48,396 bases of DNA from Smithella sp. (GCA_039679815.1 JBDKUG010000239.1:1-48396); one strand, 5' to 3'. Shown: positions 28,814 to 39,065, counted from the stretch's first letter. The notes: generated from the sequence alone by a model not told the origin. Numbers and translations are program-made.

Positions 28814-30784
28814 ATGGCGGATGCAAAGGTTCAATTAAAAGAAGTATATCCGATTCCCGAAGCAGCAAAGAAGAAAGCTTGGGTCAGTGGAAGAGCTGCC
28901 TATGATGCAATGTGGAAGAAATCAGTTGAGCAGCCGGAAGCTTTCTGGGCGGAAGTCGCCGAACAGCAGGTGACCTGGTTCAAAAAATGGGACAAGGTTA
29001 TGGATTACAACTTTGATATTAAAAAAGGTCCCATCTACGTTAAATTCTTTGAAGGCGGAAAACTCAACATTTCTTACAATTGTCTCGACAGACATCTTGA
29101 AAAACGCGGTAATCAGGTCGCGATTCAGTGGGAAGGCAATGAACCCGGAGAAGAAAGAGCCATTACCTACAAGCAGTTGCATGAAGAAGTCTGCAAATTT
29201 GCCAATGTTCTGAAGGCCCAGGGCGTAAAGAAAGGCGACCGCGTCATTCTTTATATGCCCATGGTTCCCGAACTGGGTATTGCCGCTCTGGCCTGTTCAC
29301 GCATCGGCGCCATTCATGGGATCGTATTCGGCGGATTCAGCGCTGACGCTCTCCGTGACAGAATTGTCAACTGCGAAGGCAAGGTCCTCGTTGTCTGCGA
29401 CGGAACGTTCCGCGGCAATAAGGCTGTTCCACAGAAAGCGACCGCAGATGAAGCATTAAAATCATGCCCGTCCGTCACATCAGTGATCGTTGTCAACAGA
29501 GTCGGCGATAAAATTAAATGTGAAATGACTCCCGGCCGTGACAAGTGGTATCACGAAGAAATGGCAAAAGTTGATGCCAAATGCGAACCCGAATGGATGG
29601 ATGCTGAAGATCCACTGTTCATCCTTTATACTTCCGGCTCCACCGGACAGCCCAAGGGTGTTATGCACACCACGGGCGGTTATCTGGTTTACGGTTCCTA
29701 CACTCACAAGATAGTCTTCGATTATCATGATGGCGACATATACTGGTGCACCGCCGACCTGGGTTGGGTCACCGGTCACACCTATATTTTGTACGGTCCT
29801 CTCTGCAACGGCGCAACATCCATAATGTTCGAAGGCGTTCCCAATTACCCGACCTTCAGCCGCTTCTGGAAGGTTGTCGAAAAATACAAGGTCAACATTT
29901 TCTATACCGCTCCAACCGCTATTCGCGCCATCGCGAAAGAGGGCGATGAGTTTGTGAAGAAATGCGACATCTCTTCTCTGCAGACCCTCGGAACGGTCGG
30001 TGAACCGATCAACCCCGAAGCCTGGAACTGGTACTATAATGTTATCGGCCGCGGCGAATGCCCTATCGTGGATACCTGGTGGCAGACTGAAACCGGCGGA
30101 ATTTTGATTACCCCGCTGCCCGGCGCCATTGAAATCAAACCCGGTATGGCCACAATGCCATTCTTCGGCGTACAGCCCGTGCTGGTCGATGATGAAGGCA
30201 AGGAATTCAAGGAAACAGAAGCCAGCGGTGCCCTGTGTATCAAGGTTCCATGGCCCGGAATGATGAGAGGCGTCTATGGAGATCCCAAGAGATTCCAGGA
30301 AACCTATTTTGAACAGTTCCCCGGCTATTACGTAACCGGTGACGGTTGCCGCCGTGACAAAGACGGTTACTATCAGATCACCGGCCGTATTGATGACGTT
30401 ATTAACGTGTCCGGTCACCGTATGGGCACCGCCGAAGTGGAAAGCGCTCTGGTTGCCCACAAAGCCGTCGCCGAAGCCGCAGTTGTCGGCATGCCTCATG
30501 ACATCAAAGGACAGGGCATTTATGCTTACGTTACCTTGAAGACCGGCGTCGAGAAATCCGACGCTCTGAAAAAAGAACTGGTTGCTCATGTTCGTACGGT
30601 TATCGGACCTATTGCAACGCCCGATAAGATTCAGTGGGCAGATGGTCTTCCCAAAACCCGCAGCGGCAAGATCATGAGAAGAATTTTGAAGAAAGTTGCC
30701 GCCAACGATCTAGGCAATTTGGGTGACACCAGCACGCTGGCCGATCCATCCGTAGTTGACGATATCGTCAAAAACAGGCTGTAG
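28814..30784 (+). CDS. acs: Acetyl-CoA synthetase (AMP-forming)
   Basis: 656 aa. [14 protein letters not shown]-binding motif, WWQTETGG, and [38 protein letters not shown] with the C-terminal [20 protein letters not shown]. Confidence 0.97.
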   Translation: MADAKVQLKEVYPIPEAAKKKAWVSGRAAYDAMWKKSVEQPEAFWAEVAEQQVTWFKKWDKVMDYNFDIKKGPIYVKFFEGGKLNISYNCLDRHLEKRGNQVAIQWEGNEPGEERAITYKQLHEEVCKFANVLKAQGVKKGDRVILYMPMVPELGIAALACSRIGAIHGIVFGGFSADALRDRIVNCEGKVLVVCDGTFRGNKAVPQKATADEALKSCPSVTSVIVVNRVGDKIKCEMTPGRDKWYHEEMAKVDAKCEPEWMDAEDPLFILYTSGSTGQPKGVMHTTGGYLVYGSYTHKIVFDYHDGDIYWCTADLGWVTGHTYILYGPLCNGATSIMFEGVPNYPTFSRFWKVVEKYKVNIFYTAPTAIRAIAKEGDEFVKKCDISSLQTLGTVGEPINPEAWNWYYNVIGRGECPIVDTWWQTETGGILITPLPGAIEIKPGMATMPFFGVQPVLVDDEGKEFKETEASGALCIKVPWPGMMRGVYGDPKRFQETYFEQFPGYYVTGDGCRRDKDGYYQITGRIDDVINVSGHRMGTAEVESALVAHKAVAEAAVVGMPHDIKGQGIYAYVTLKTGVEKSDALKKELVAHVRTVIGPIATPDKIQWADGLPKTRSGKIMRRILKKVAANDLGNLGDTSTLADPSVVDDIVKNRL

Positions 30785-30788
30785 TATG

Positions 30789-30826
30789 AATGCCCGATTT
30801 TCTTCCGAGAAAATCGGGCATTTTTA
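30789..30826 (+). terminator. Rho-independent terminator after acs
   Basis: 13-bp stem aatgcccgatttt (30789-30801) pairs with aaaatcgggcatt (30810-30822), followed by a T-run. Confidence 0.85.
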
Positions 30827-30907
30827 TAGAATGAAAGTTGCGAGAAAATTTTAAATGCGCGAATCGCCGGGAATTGAGCGACGCGCAGGAGAAGGAGGTT
30901 TTTGACA

Positions 30908-31678
30908 GTGAATATTATTGCATGCGTGAAGCAAGTGCCCGACACCGAAGCACAGATCAAAGTCAAAGCTGACGGATCAGGCATCGAAGAAGGCCAGATC
31001 AAATGGGTCATGAATCCCTATGATGAATTTGGCGTGGAAGAAGCATTGAAACTGAAGGAAAAGAACGGCGGCGACGTCACAGTCGTTTGCGTCGGTCCTG
31101 CCAGAGCGATGGAAACAATCCGTACCGCCCTGGCCATGGGAGCAGACAAGGGTGTGCACATTTGCGATCCGGCATTTGACAATGCCGACGCGTTTGTGGT
31201 TGCCAATGCCCTCGCGGCCGTGATTAAAACTCTGCCGCATGACATCATCTTCTGCGGTCAGCGCGCCATTGATGATGACTCCGGTCAGGTCGGCGCCATG
31301 CTGGCGGAAGCCCTGAATGCACCTCAGTTGACGATTGTCACCAAACTGGAATTCGCCGGTTCTTCCGTGAAAGTTATCCGTCCGATCGAAGGCGCTCAGC
31401 TGTCGATTGAAACGGCGCTGCCCTGCGTTGTTACATGTCAGAAGGGTCTCAATGAACCGCGTTACGCGTCGCTGCCCGGTATCATGAAAGCGAAGAAGAA
31501 ACCAGTTGATGTGAAAAACGCTGCAGCCATCGGTGTTGCCACCGATGCGAAAGCTACGGTAGCCAAAACCGTTCCGCCTCCGGCCAGACCCCCCGGAAAA
31601 ATCATTTGCGGAGATGAGCCCGCGCAAAAAGCGGCGGAACTGGGCAAGTTACTCAGAGAAGAAGCAAAAGCTATTTAA
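30908..31678 (+). CDS. etfB: Electron transfer flavoprotein subunit beta
   Basis: (M)NIIACVKQVPDTEA N-terminus typical of EtfB. GTG 30908 lies 9 nt after AGGAGG (30893-30898). The ORF-track TTG 30902 is only 3 nt from the RBS. Confidence 0.92.
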   Translation: MNIIACVKQVPDTEAQIKVKADGSGIEEGQIKWVMNPYDEFGVEEALKLKEKNGGDVTVVCVGPARAMETIRTALAMGADKGVHICDPAFDNADAFVVANALAAVIKTLPHDIIFCGQRAIDDDSGQVGAMLAEALNAPQLTIVTKLEFAGSSVKVIRPIEGAQLSIETALPCVVTCQKGLNEPRYASLPGIMKAKKKPVDVKNAAAIGVATDAKATVAKTVPPPARPPGKIICGDEPAQKAAELGKLLREEAKAI

Positions 31679-31701
31679 TTAAAAAGCGGAGGAATTGAAA
31701 G

Positions 31702-32673
31702 ATGGCAAAAGGAGTCATGATAGTAGCAGAACAGCGGGACGGCGCGCTTAGAAAAATCAGCCTGGAACTGGCCTCGACAGCCCGTAAGCTGGCCGACCAG
31801 TCCGGTGATGAAGTCAGCGCCATTCTGCTTGGTTCAGGTATAGAAGGTTTGGCCGCCGAACTGGGTAAATTCGGTGTCGATAAAGTTCTTGTTGGCGACA
31901 ACGCAGCATTGGAACCCTATGTGACGGAAGCACACGCCGCTGTGGCCGCCAAAATTATCAAAGACAACGATCCCGCGATCGTTCTGTTTGGCGCGTCGGT
32001 CCAGGGCAAGGATCTTTCCGCCCGCGTGGCCGCTAAACTGGCCGGCGGTCTGGCCACAGACTGCACGGATGTGAAAATTGACGGAGGCAAACTGGTTGCC
32101 ATCCGCCCGATGTATGCAGGCAAGTGCTTTGGCGAAGTTGTTTTCAATTCCGCCCCGGCCATGGCATCACTTCGTCCCAATGTTTTCCCGGCGGCTGAAA
32201 ATGCCAAAGCCGGTGCTGTAACGAAGGTGGATGTTGCTGTTGAAGCACAGAAGAGCAAGGTTCTGGAAGTGCAGAAAGATACGAGCGGCAAGGTCGACCT
32301 GACGGAAGCCAACGTGATCGTTTCAGGCGGCCGCGGCATGAAGGGTCCGGATGAATTCAAGATTCTGGAAGAGCTGGCTGATGTACTCAAAGGCACGGTC
32401 GGTGCGTCCCGCGCTGCAGTTGATGCCGGCTGGCGTCCGCAGAAAGATCAGGTCGGGCAGACTGGTAAGGTTGTTTCTCCGAACCTGTACATCGCATGCG
32501 GCATCTCCGGCGCTATTCAGCATCTGGCCGGCATGAGCTCATCCAAGTGCATCGTAGCAATCAATAAAGATGCGGAAGCCCCGATCTTTACAAAAGCGGA
32601 TTACGGTGTTGTGGATGATCTGTTCAAGGTGATTCCCGAGTTTACGGCAGTTTGCAAGAAACTGGTTGCATAA
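31702..32673 (+). CDS. etfA: Electron transfer flavoprotein subunit alpha
   Basis: 323 aa. Has the C-terminal FAD-binding region VSGGRGM...GASRAAVDAGW...QVGQTGKVVSPNLYIACGISGAIQHLAGM. GGAGG RBS. Confidence 0.95.
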   Translation: MAKGVMIVAEQRDGALRKISLELASTARKLADQSGDEVSAILLGSGIEGLAAELGKFGVDKVLVGDNAALEPYVTEAHAAVAAKIIKDNDPAIVLFGASVQGKDLSARVAAKLAGGLATDCTDVKIDGGKLVAIRPMYAGKCFGEVVFNSAPAMASLRPNVFPAAENAKAGAVTKVDVAVEAQKSKVLEVQKDTSGKVDLTEANVIVSGGRGMKGPDEFKILEELADVLKGTVGASRAAVDAGWRPQKDQVGQTGKVVSPNLYIACGISGAIQHLAGMSSSKCIVAINKDAEAPIFTKADYGVVDDLFKVIPEFTAVCKKLVA

Positions 32674-32683
32674 AACACATAGG

Positions 32684-32720
32684 GTCTTTGCCCCGGACCG
32701 CGGGGCAAAGACTTTTTTTT
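32684..32720 (+). terminator. Strong rho-independent terminator between etfA and the FeS oxidoreductase gene
   Basis: 12-bp GC-rich stem gtctttgccccg (32684-32695) pairs with cggggcaaagac (32701-32712). 5-nt loop, followed by tttttttt (32713-32720). Confidence 0.88.
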
Positions 32721-32780
32721 GATGCTTGATATTATAATAATAAGACAAGAATCAGCCCTCAAGATTTTGTTGGAGGATCA

Positions 32781-34934
32781 ATGAAAGGACATGAATTTTC
32801 TGTAGGTAATGAAGGACGCGAGGTTTTCTGGAACATTCCCCTGCCAGCGTTTGAGATCATTCTTTTTGCTCTCACGTTCGTCGCACTCGCCATATTCGCT
32901 TATGGTGTATACCGCCGCTGGCTGATGTGGAAGGCGATGGGCAAGCCGGAAATGCGCCTGGACAACATGAAGGAAAGAGTCAAGATCGTTCTTGCGGAGG
33001 TTTTTCTGCAAAAGAAAGTCTTGAAAGATCCTTTTCCGGGAATAATGCACGCCTTAATCTTTTTTGGTTTTTTTGTTTTAATTTTTGGTGCCGCATTTGA
33101 CGCAGGGCAGCATCATATTACCGAACCACTCTTCAGCTGGACATTCCTGAAAGGCAATTTTTATTTAGGCTTTTCTTTCCTGATGGATCTCTTTGGATTG
33201 TTCGTGCTGACCGGTGTGATCATTGCGCTCGATCGCCGTTTTGTCTCAAAGCCGGATCGTATGGGCTACAAAGGTGAAGTCGACAATACACCCGATGATG
33301 TCATCGTTCTCCTGCTCATCGGTGCCATCATCATCACCGGTTTTATAGCAGAAGCACTCCGCATTTATGTGACCAATCCTCCCTGGGAATACTGGTCGTT
33401 CGTGGGCTGGCTACTGTCTCGTACCTTTACAGGGATTGAACTTGATACCGCCCGGCTCGTGCATCAGTTGACCTGGTGGGTGCATGCGATTCTGGGCTTG
33501 AGTTTCATCGCTTATATTCCGTATTCCCGCCTCATGCACATTATTACAACCCCGGCGAACCATTTCCTGCAATCCTTCAAACCGACGGGCTATATTGAAC
33601 CGATCCGTGATTTTGAAAATGCGGAAGCGTTTGGCGTTGGCAAGTTGGAAGAGTTCACCTGGAAACAGATTTTTGATTCCGATGCCTGCACACGCTGTGG
33701 CCGTTGTCAGGACGGTTGCCCGGCTTATCTGACGGGCAAGCCACTGTCACCCAAGAAAGTGATTCAGGATATCAAAACGCACTGGCTGGAAAAGGTCCCG
33801 GAGGCGGTGAAAGCTATGAAGGCCGCGAAACTTGCAGGTGCTCCCGCAGAAGGAGAAGCCCCCGCAGAAGCAGCGGTGGAGGAGGCAACCGGAAAAGCGC
33901 TGGTCGGCGAAGTTGTTGACCTCCATGAACTCTGGGCCTGTACCAACTGCATGTATTGTATGGAACACTGTTCGGCATCGATTGAACATGTGCCAAAGAT
34001 TATTGATATGCGCCGTTATAAGGTTTTGACCGAAGCGGATTTTGCTCCGGAACTCCAGCTGACCTGCCGTAACATGGAAAACAACTCCAATCCCTGGGGC
34101 GTCGGCGGGCATTTACGGGGCGACTGGGCCAAGGATCTTGGTATCAAAACACTGGCCGAAGATCCCAACGTCGAGTATCTGTTCTACGTGGGTTGTTCGG
34201 GTTCGTTTGACGATCGTGGCAAAAAGATTTCTATCGCGTTTGCGAAGATCCTTCAGGAAGCCGGTGTCAGCTTCGGCATTCTGGGTACGGAAGAAGGATG
34301 CTGCGGCGACTCCGCTATGCGTTGCGGTAATGAGTATCTCTTCCAGTCACTGGCACAGGCCAATATTGACGTGATGAACGGATACGGGGTGAAGAAAGTC
34401 ATCGCTATCTGCCCGCACGGCTATAACGCGTTGAAAAAAGATTACCCCAATTTCGGCGGAAATTTCGAAGTTTATCATCACACAGAGATTATCGCCAACC
34501 TGATTGCGACCGGCAAAATCAAGCTGCCCGAGCCGCTCAAGGGGACATTTGTCTATCACGATTCGTGCTTCCTGGGCCGTTATAACCATATTTATGATCA
34601 GCCCCGCCAGATTTTGAAAGCGATCCGCGGCATCAATGTTGTCGAGATGGAGAGAAATCTTGACAAGAGCTTCTGCTGCGGTGCCGGTGGTGCGAGAATG
34701 TGGATGGAAGAAGATATCGGAGAGCGTATTAACAATGCACGCACCAAGCAGGCAATCGCCGTAAACGCCGATACGATTGCCGTAGGCTGTCCGTTCTGTC
34801 TTACCATGATGTCCGACGGAATCAAGGACAATCATAAGGAAGAGACGATGCAGGCATGGGATCTGGCCGAGCTGGTTGTCAAGGCTATGGGCAAGGAAGA
34901 AGTTAAACCGCCCGTTGATGTTTGCGCTGTTTAA
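32781..34934 (+). CDS. Membrane-bound (Fe-S)-binding oxidoreductase, HdrD/DsrK/GlpC-like with N-terminal NarI-like cytochrome-b-type membrane domain (Etf-associated)
   Basis: 717 aa. The N-terminal region has about 5-6 TM helices with conserved His (HALIFFGFF, HQLTWWVHAILG, RLMHIITTP). Two ferredoxin motifs, CTRCGRCQDGCP and CTNCMYCMEHCS. Two CCG-type Cys-rich domains, EGCCGDSAMRCG and KSFCCGAGG. Confidence 0.85.
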   Translation: MKGHEFSVGNEGREVFWNIPLPAFEIILFALTFVALAIFAYGVYRRWLMWKAMGKPEMRLDNMKERVKIVLAEVFLQKKVLKDPFPGIMHALIFFGFFVLIFGAAFDAGQHHITEPLFSWTFLKGNFYLGFSFLMDLFGLFVLTGVIIALDRRFVSKPDRMGYKGEVDNTPDDVIVLLLIGAIIITGFIAEALRIYVTNPPWEYWSFVGWLLSRTFTGIELDTARLVHQLTWWVHAILGLSFIAYIPYSRLMHIITTPANHFLQSFKPTGYIEPIRDFENAEAFGVGKLEEFTWKQIFDSDACTRCGRCQDGCPAYLTGKPLSPKKVIQDIKTHWLEKVPEAVKAMKAAKLAGAPAEGEAPAEAAVEEATGKALVGEVVDLHELWACTNCMYCMEHCSASIEHVPKIIDMRRYKVLTEADFAPELQLTCRNMENNSNPWGVGGHLRGDWAKDLGIKTLAEDPNVEYLFYVGCSGSFDDRGKKISIAFAKILQEAGVSFGILGTEEGCCGDSAMRCGNEYLFQSLAQANIDVMNGYGVKKVIAICPHGYNALKKDYPNFGGNFEVYHHTEIIANLIATGKIKLPEPLKGTFVYHDSCFLGRYNHIYDQPRQILKAIRGINVVEMERNLDKSFCCGAGGARMWMEEDIGERINNARTKQAIAVNADTIAVGCPFCLTMMSDGIKDNHKEETMQAWDLAELVVKAMGKEEVKPPVDVCAV

Positions 34935-34967
34935 TTCAACTTCAAGCAACATGATAAAATGATTTCA

Positions 34968-35001
34968 CAAAGAGCCCGATCTGAAAGGAAAGGGCTCTTT
35001 G
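34968..35001 (+). other. Stem-loop after the FeS oxidoreductase gene (no clean U-tract)
   Basis: 10-bp stem caaagagccc (34968-34977) pairs with gggctctttg (34992-35001), with a 14-nt loop. It is followed by actattaaagg rather than a T-run, so it may be a weak terminator or an mRNA stabiliser. Confidence 0.4.
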
Positions 35002-35021
35002 ACTATTAAAGGAGATTTGCA

Positions 35022-35804
35022 ATGGACTATCAAAATATTCTTTTTAATGTCGAAAACGGGATTGCTAACATTACATTCAATCGTCCCAAGGTTTTAAATG
35101 CAATGAATTCCGAGGTGATGTCTGAACTGGCCCATGCACTGCAGGTGTGTGATCGGGATGACGCGGTGAAGGCGCTGATCCTGACCGGTTCGGGAGAAAA
35201 GGCTTTTGTGGCAGGTGCGGACATATCGCAAATGCAGAATTACACCCCGGTGGAAGTAACGAAATTTATGGAACTGGGACAGGGAACTCTCCGCTTTATG
35301 GAGACAATGGGGAAACCTGTTATTGCCGCCGTCAACGGTTTTGCACTGGGAGGCGGGACGGAGATCGCGCTGGCCTGCGATGTTCGCATTGCTTCTGAAA
35401 ACGCTGTTTTCGGGCAGCCGGAAATATTGATAGGGATTCTTCCCGGCTGGGGCGGCACGCAACGTCTGCCCAGACTTGTCGGGACGGGCATTGCCAAGGA
35501 ACTTATTCTGGGTGGGGGGCAGATTAACGCTCAGAGAGCCTATGAAATCGGTTTGGTGAATAAAGTGGTTCCGCTTGCCAATCTGATGGAAGAAGCGGGA
35601 AAGATGGCCAAAAAATTTACGACGCTTCCGGGTTTTGCCCTTAAAATGGCCAAAAACAGCATCAATTACGGCTATGACATGTCACTGGACAATGCGGTGA
35701 AACTGGAATTAAGCGCGGTTGCGCAATGCTTCGGCACGCAGGATCAAAAGGAAGGTATGAAGGCATTTCTGGAGAAGAGAAAACCGACCTTCGTAGGAAA
35801 GTAG
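35022..35804 (+). CDS. Enoyl-CoA hydratase (crotonase family)
   Basis: 260 aa. Has FVAGADI, IAAVNGFALGGGTEIALACD and GQPE oxyanion-hole and catalytic motifs. AAGGAG RBS. Confidence 0.92.
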   Translation: MDYQNILFNVENGIANITFNRPKVLNAMNSEVMSELAHALQVCDRDDAVKALILTGSGEKAFVAGADISQMQNYTPVEVTKFMELGQGTLRFMETMGKPVIAAVNGFALGGGTEIALACDVRIASENAVFGQPEILIGILPGWGGTQRLPRLVGTGIAKELILGGGQINAQRAYEIGLVNKVVPLANLMEEAGKMAKKFTTLPGFALKMAKNSINYGYDMSLDNAVKLELSAVAQCFGTQDQKEGMKAFLEKRKPTFVGK

Positions 35805-35824
35805 TGGATGGTGGATGGTGGATG
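35804..35824 (+). repeat. Heptanucleotide tandem repeat (gtggatg x3) in the crotonase-gpmI spacer
   Basis: gtggatg occurs at 35804-35810, 35811-35817 and 35818-35824. It lies directly upstream of the AAGGAG RBS of gpmI. Confidence 0.9.
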
Positions 35825-35840
35825 GTAAAGGAGAATATCC

Positions 35841-37481
35841 ATGTCACTAAGTCTCAAAAAATTGAAGTCATTTTCCGGCAGAAAAGGTCCCCTGCTGCTG
35901 ATTATCATGGATGGCATAGGTATCGGCAAAGCGGATGAAACGAATGCTGTCTACAGGGCCAGGACGCCCAACCTTGATCGATTGTTCAAATCTGATCTGT
36001 ACACGCAACTCAAGGCCCATGGTACGGCTGTCGGACTGCCTTCAGATGATGATATGGGAAACAGCGAAGTGGGTCACAATGCCATGGGGGCCGGCAGGGT
36101 CTTTGACCAGGGTGCACGCCTTGTCAATGCCGCACTTAAAACAGGAAGGATTTTTCAATCCGACGTCTGGGACAACATTGTAGATCGTTCCCACAATGGC
36201 GGGACGATTCACTTCATCGGGCTGCTCTCCAACGGGAATGTCCATTCGCATATTGACCAGTTATTCATCATGATTGAAAAATGCGCCGCGTTGAATCTGA
36301 AAAGGGTCAGGCTCCATGTCCTGCTTGACGGCAGGGATGTCGGGGAAAGAACGGCGCTGAATTATATTATTCCCACAGAGGAAAAACTCAGGAAGATTTC
36401 AGCAGAAAATGGTCTTGATTACGCCATAGCGTCCGGTGGCGGCCGCATGAAGGTCACCATGGACAGGTACAATTCAGATTGGAATATTGTCAAGAGAGGA
36501 TGGGAGGCCCATGTCCTGGGAGAGGGCAGAAAGTTCCCGTCCGCCTCTGAAGCCGTGAAGACATTTTATGAGGAAGATCCGAAATCAACCGATCAGTATC
36601 TGCCGGCCTTTGTCATAGCTGATGATTCTGGGATGCCCAGGGGGACGATCAAGGATGGTGATGCCGTGATCTTTTTCAACTTCCGGGGCGACCGCGCTAT
36701 CGAGATTTCCAGGGCATTTTCCGAGAAGGAATTTTCCGAGTTCGACAGAGGCCCCCTTCCGGATATTTTCTATGCCGGGATGATGGAGTATGACGGGGAC
36801 GCCCACATTCCTCCCAATTTTCTTGTACAGCCCCCGGCGATCGATCGTGTAGTCAGCGAGTACCTTTGCGCGGAAAACGTAAAAGCGTTTGCCGTATCCG
36901 AGACTCAGAAATATGGTCATGTGACATATTTCTGGAACGGCAACTGTTCCGGCTACGTTGATGAATCCCTTGAAACATATGTGGAGATTCCTTCCGACAG
37001 GATTGAATTTGACAAGGCTCCGAAGATGAAAGCGAAGGAGATAACGGATACCGTTATGGACCTGCTCCGGACGGGTAAGTATAAATTCGGAAGGCTCAAT
37101 TTCCCGAACGGTGATATGGTCGGGCATACCGGAGTATTGGAGGCGGCCATTATCGCGGTCGAAACAGTGGATAAGTGTGTCGGCGATTTGCTGGTCCTGA
37201 TCAAAGAAATGGAAGGCATTGCCGTTATCACGGCTGACCACGGAAATGCGGACGAAATGTTCACTATAGATAAAAAAGGTACAAAATCGGTCAAGACCGC
37301 GCATTCCCTTAATCCGGTTCCCTTTGCCATCTATGATCCCCTTTACCGGGGGGAATACCGTATGGCTGATATCAGGGGAAAAGGTTTGTCCAATATAGCG
37401 GCAACCCTTCTGAATCTTCTGGGGTATGAAAAGCCGGACGATTACGATCCGTCATTGATAGAAATGACGCCTGCCGGTTGA
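35841..37481 (+). CDS. gpmI: 2,3-bisphosphoglycerate-independent phosphoglycerate mutase
   Basis: 546 aa. Motifs IIMDGIGIG...NA, GNSEVGHNAMGAGR, and the C-terminal TADHGNA metal-binding motif. Confidence 0.93.
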   Translation: MSLSLKKLKSFSGRKGPLLLIIMDGIGIGKADETNAVYRARTPNLDRLFKSDLYTQLKAHGTAVGLPSDDDMGNSEVGHNAMGAGRVFDQGARLVNAALKTGRIFQSDVWDNIVDRSHNGGTIHFIGLLSNGNVHSHIDQLFIMIEKCAALNLKRVRLHVLLDGRDVGERTALNYIIPTEEKLRKISAENGLDYAIASGGGRMKVTMDRYNSDWNIVKRGWEAHVLGEGRKFPSASEAVKTFYEEDPKSTDQYLPAFVIADDSGMPRGTIKDGDAVIFFNFRGDRAIEISRAFSEKEFSEFDRGPLPDIFYAGMMEYDGDAHIPPNFLVQPPAIDRVVSEYLCAENVKAFAVSETQKYGHVTYFWNGNCSGYVDESLETYVEIPSDRIEFDKAPKMKAKEITDTVMDLLRTGKYKFGRLNFPNGDMVGHTGVLEAAIIAVETVDKCVGDLLVLIKEMEGIAVITADHGNADEMFTIDKKGTKSVKTAHSLNPVPFAIYDPLYRGEYRMADIRGKGLSNIAATLLNLLGYEKPDDYDPSLIEMTPAG

Positions 37482-37655
37482 TCATGATATAAGAAAGGCT
37501 ATGCGACAAAAAAAGTATTACATCCGCCTATCCTTTTTTTGCCTGTCTTTAAGATTGTACGATGAACATGGCCACCCGCCGTTAATTTTTTTCTTGACGC
37601 TGGAAAGTAATTTCCATATCGTTTATCGTATAATACTTACTGAGGGCAAAAACGG

Positions 37656-38369
37656 TTGATTGAAAATCTGGTCAGTAATTTATCTTTGTATATTCAAGGT
37701 TCTGTTATTCTTTCATTTTTGGCGGCATATCTTGGCGGGCTGGTGATCAGCTTCACACCCTGCACTTATCCTCTGATACCCGTGACGGTCGGTTTCATCG
37801 GTGCGCAGGGGGCATCATCAAAACTGAGCGGTTTCCTGCTGTCACTGTTTTATGTTTTGGGAATGTCCGTGACGTATGCCGCCCTGGGGGCGGCGGCTGC
37901 CCTGTCGGGAAGGCTCTTCGGTCAGATGCAGACAACCCCGCTGGTCTATATTATCATGGCGAACGTTTGCCTCATCATGGGATTGGCCATGCTTGATGTT
38001 TTTAAAATAACAATCCCGATTCCGCAAAGCATTCTTAAATATTCCGGCGGCGGGAAAAAAGGATTTGTTCCCAGTTTTTTGCTGGGTGCTGCTTCCGGTT
38101 TTGTGATCGGTCCATGCACCGCGCCGGTGCTCGGAGTGCTGCTGGGTTTTGTGGCCCTCAAGAGCAATCTGATCATGGGTATAGGCCTCCTCTTTGTTTT
38201 TGCATTTGGAATGGGGACGCTCCTGATCCTGGTGGGTACATTTACGGGATTTATTTCTTCGCTCCCGCGTTCCGGCGCCTGGATGACTGTCATCACAAAG
38301 GGTTTTGGCGTTATTTTGATTGGCGCTGCCCAATATTTCCTGTATACTGCAGGAACACTGTCTTTTTAA
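37656..38369 (+). CDS. ccdA: Cytochrome c biogenesis / thiol-disulfide transporter CcdA (DsbD transmembrane-domain family)
   Basis: 237 aa with about 6 TM helices. Conserved Cys in FTPCTYPLIPV and GPCTAPVLG. TTG start with GAGGG about 10 nt upstream. Confidence 0.85.
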   Translation: MIENLVSNLSLYIQGSVILSFLAAYLGGLVISFTPCTYPLIPVTVGFIGAQGASSKLSGFLLSLFYVLGMSVTYAALGAAAALSGRLFGQMQTTPLVYIIMANVCLIMGLAMLDVFKITIPIPQSILKYSGGGKKGFVPSFLLGAASGFVIGPCTAPVLGVLLGFVALKSNLIMGIGLLFVFAFGMGTLLILVGTFTGFISSLPRSGAWMTVITKGFGVILIGAAQYFLYTAGTLSF

Positions 38370-38385
38370 GAAAAAAAGGAGTAGC

Positions 38386-38889
38386 ATGCGTAAATGTTTT
38401 AATATTATTATAGCTTTCCTGATGATTGTTTTCCTGGCTCCGGCAGCGGCTGCCTGGAGCCAGTATATTCCCAATGCGCCCTTCAAACCGGAGCTGACCC
38501 AGGCGCCGGATTTTACCCTCAAAGACGTGCAGGGGAAAGCATTCCGGTTGAGCGCTCAGCGAGGCAAGCCGGTCCTGATTTTTTTCGGAACAACCTGGTG
38601 CCCCGGATGCCGTGCGGAAATTCCCAAATATAAAGAAGTTCATAAGACCTATTCGCCGCGTGGTTTGGAGGTTATTTACATTAACATCATGGAGCCGGCA
38701 AAAAAAGTGATAAGGTTTGCTCAGAGCAATTCACTGCCCTATCGGACGCTGCTGGATGAAGACGGCAGCGTTGGCAACGAATACAATGTTATCGGTGTGC
38801 CCATGATCATGCTGCTGGACAAAGCCGGGAATATTGTTAAAGTCGGACACAGCTCGAAAGATATGCCGCTGGATAACGTTTTAAAATGA
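38386..38889 (+). CDS. TlpA/ResA-family periplasmic thioredoxin-like thiol-disulfide oxidoreductase
   Basis: ATG 38386 follows AAGGAG (38377-82). Signal peptide MRKCFNIIIAFLMIVFLAPAAAAW, WCPGC active site. The ORF-track start 38320 overlaps the ccdA 3' end and is unlikely. Confidence 0.88.
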   Translation: MRKCFNIIIAFLMIVFLAPAAAAWSQYIPNAPFKPELTQAPDFTLKDVQGKAFRLSAQRGKPVLIFFGTTWCPGCRAEIPKYKEVHKTYSPRGLEVIYINIMEPAKKVIRFAQSNSLPYRTLLDEDGSVGNEYNVIGVPMIMLLDKAGNIVKVGHSSKDMPLDNVLK

Positions 38890-39065
38890 TATAAAGCGGC
38901 ACAAAGAACACAATTTGGAATAAGGCAGTCAAATTAAAGTTTTTTCGCTTGTCTGCATGAGAGTGGTTTCAGAGATTCAAATGCAGATGGTCATCCAATA
39001 ACGTAAATGAAGGATGATAATCTGCGAAATGGCGGTAATCGTTTGTTACGGGGGAGGATGAATCC

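Noticed and set aside
29480-30589. 369-aa antisense ORF inside acs
   Set aside because: This is the same codon-aligned shadow-frame artefact (offset from the acs start is 666, divisible by 3). The acs sense frame is unambiguous.
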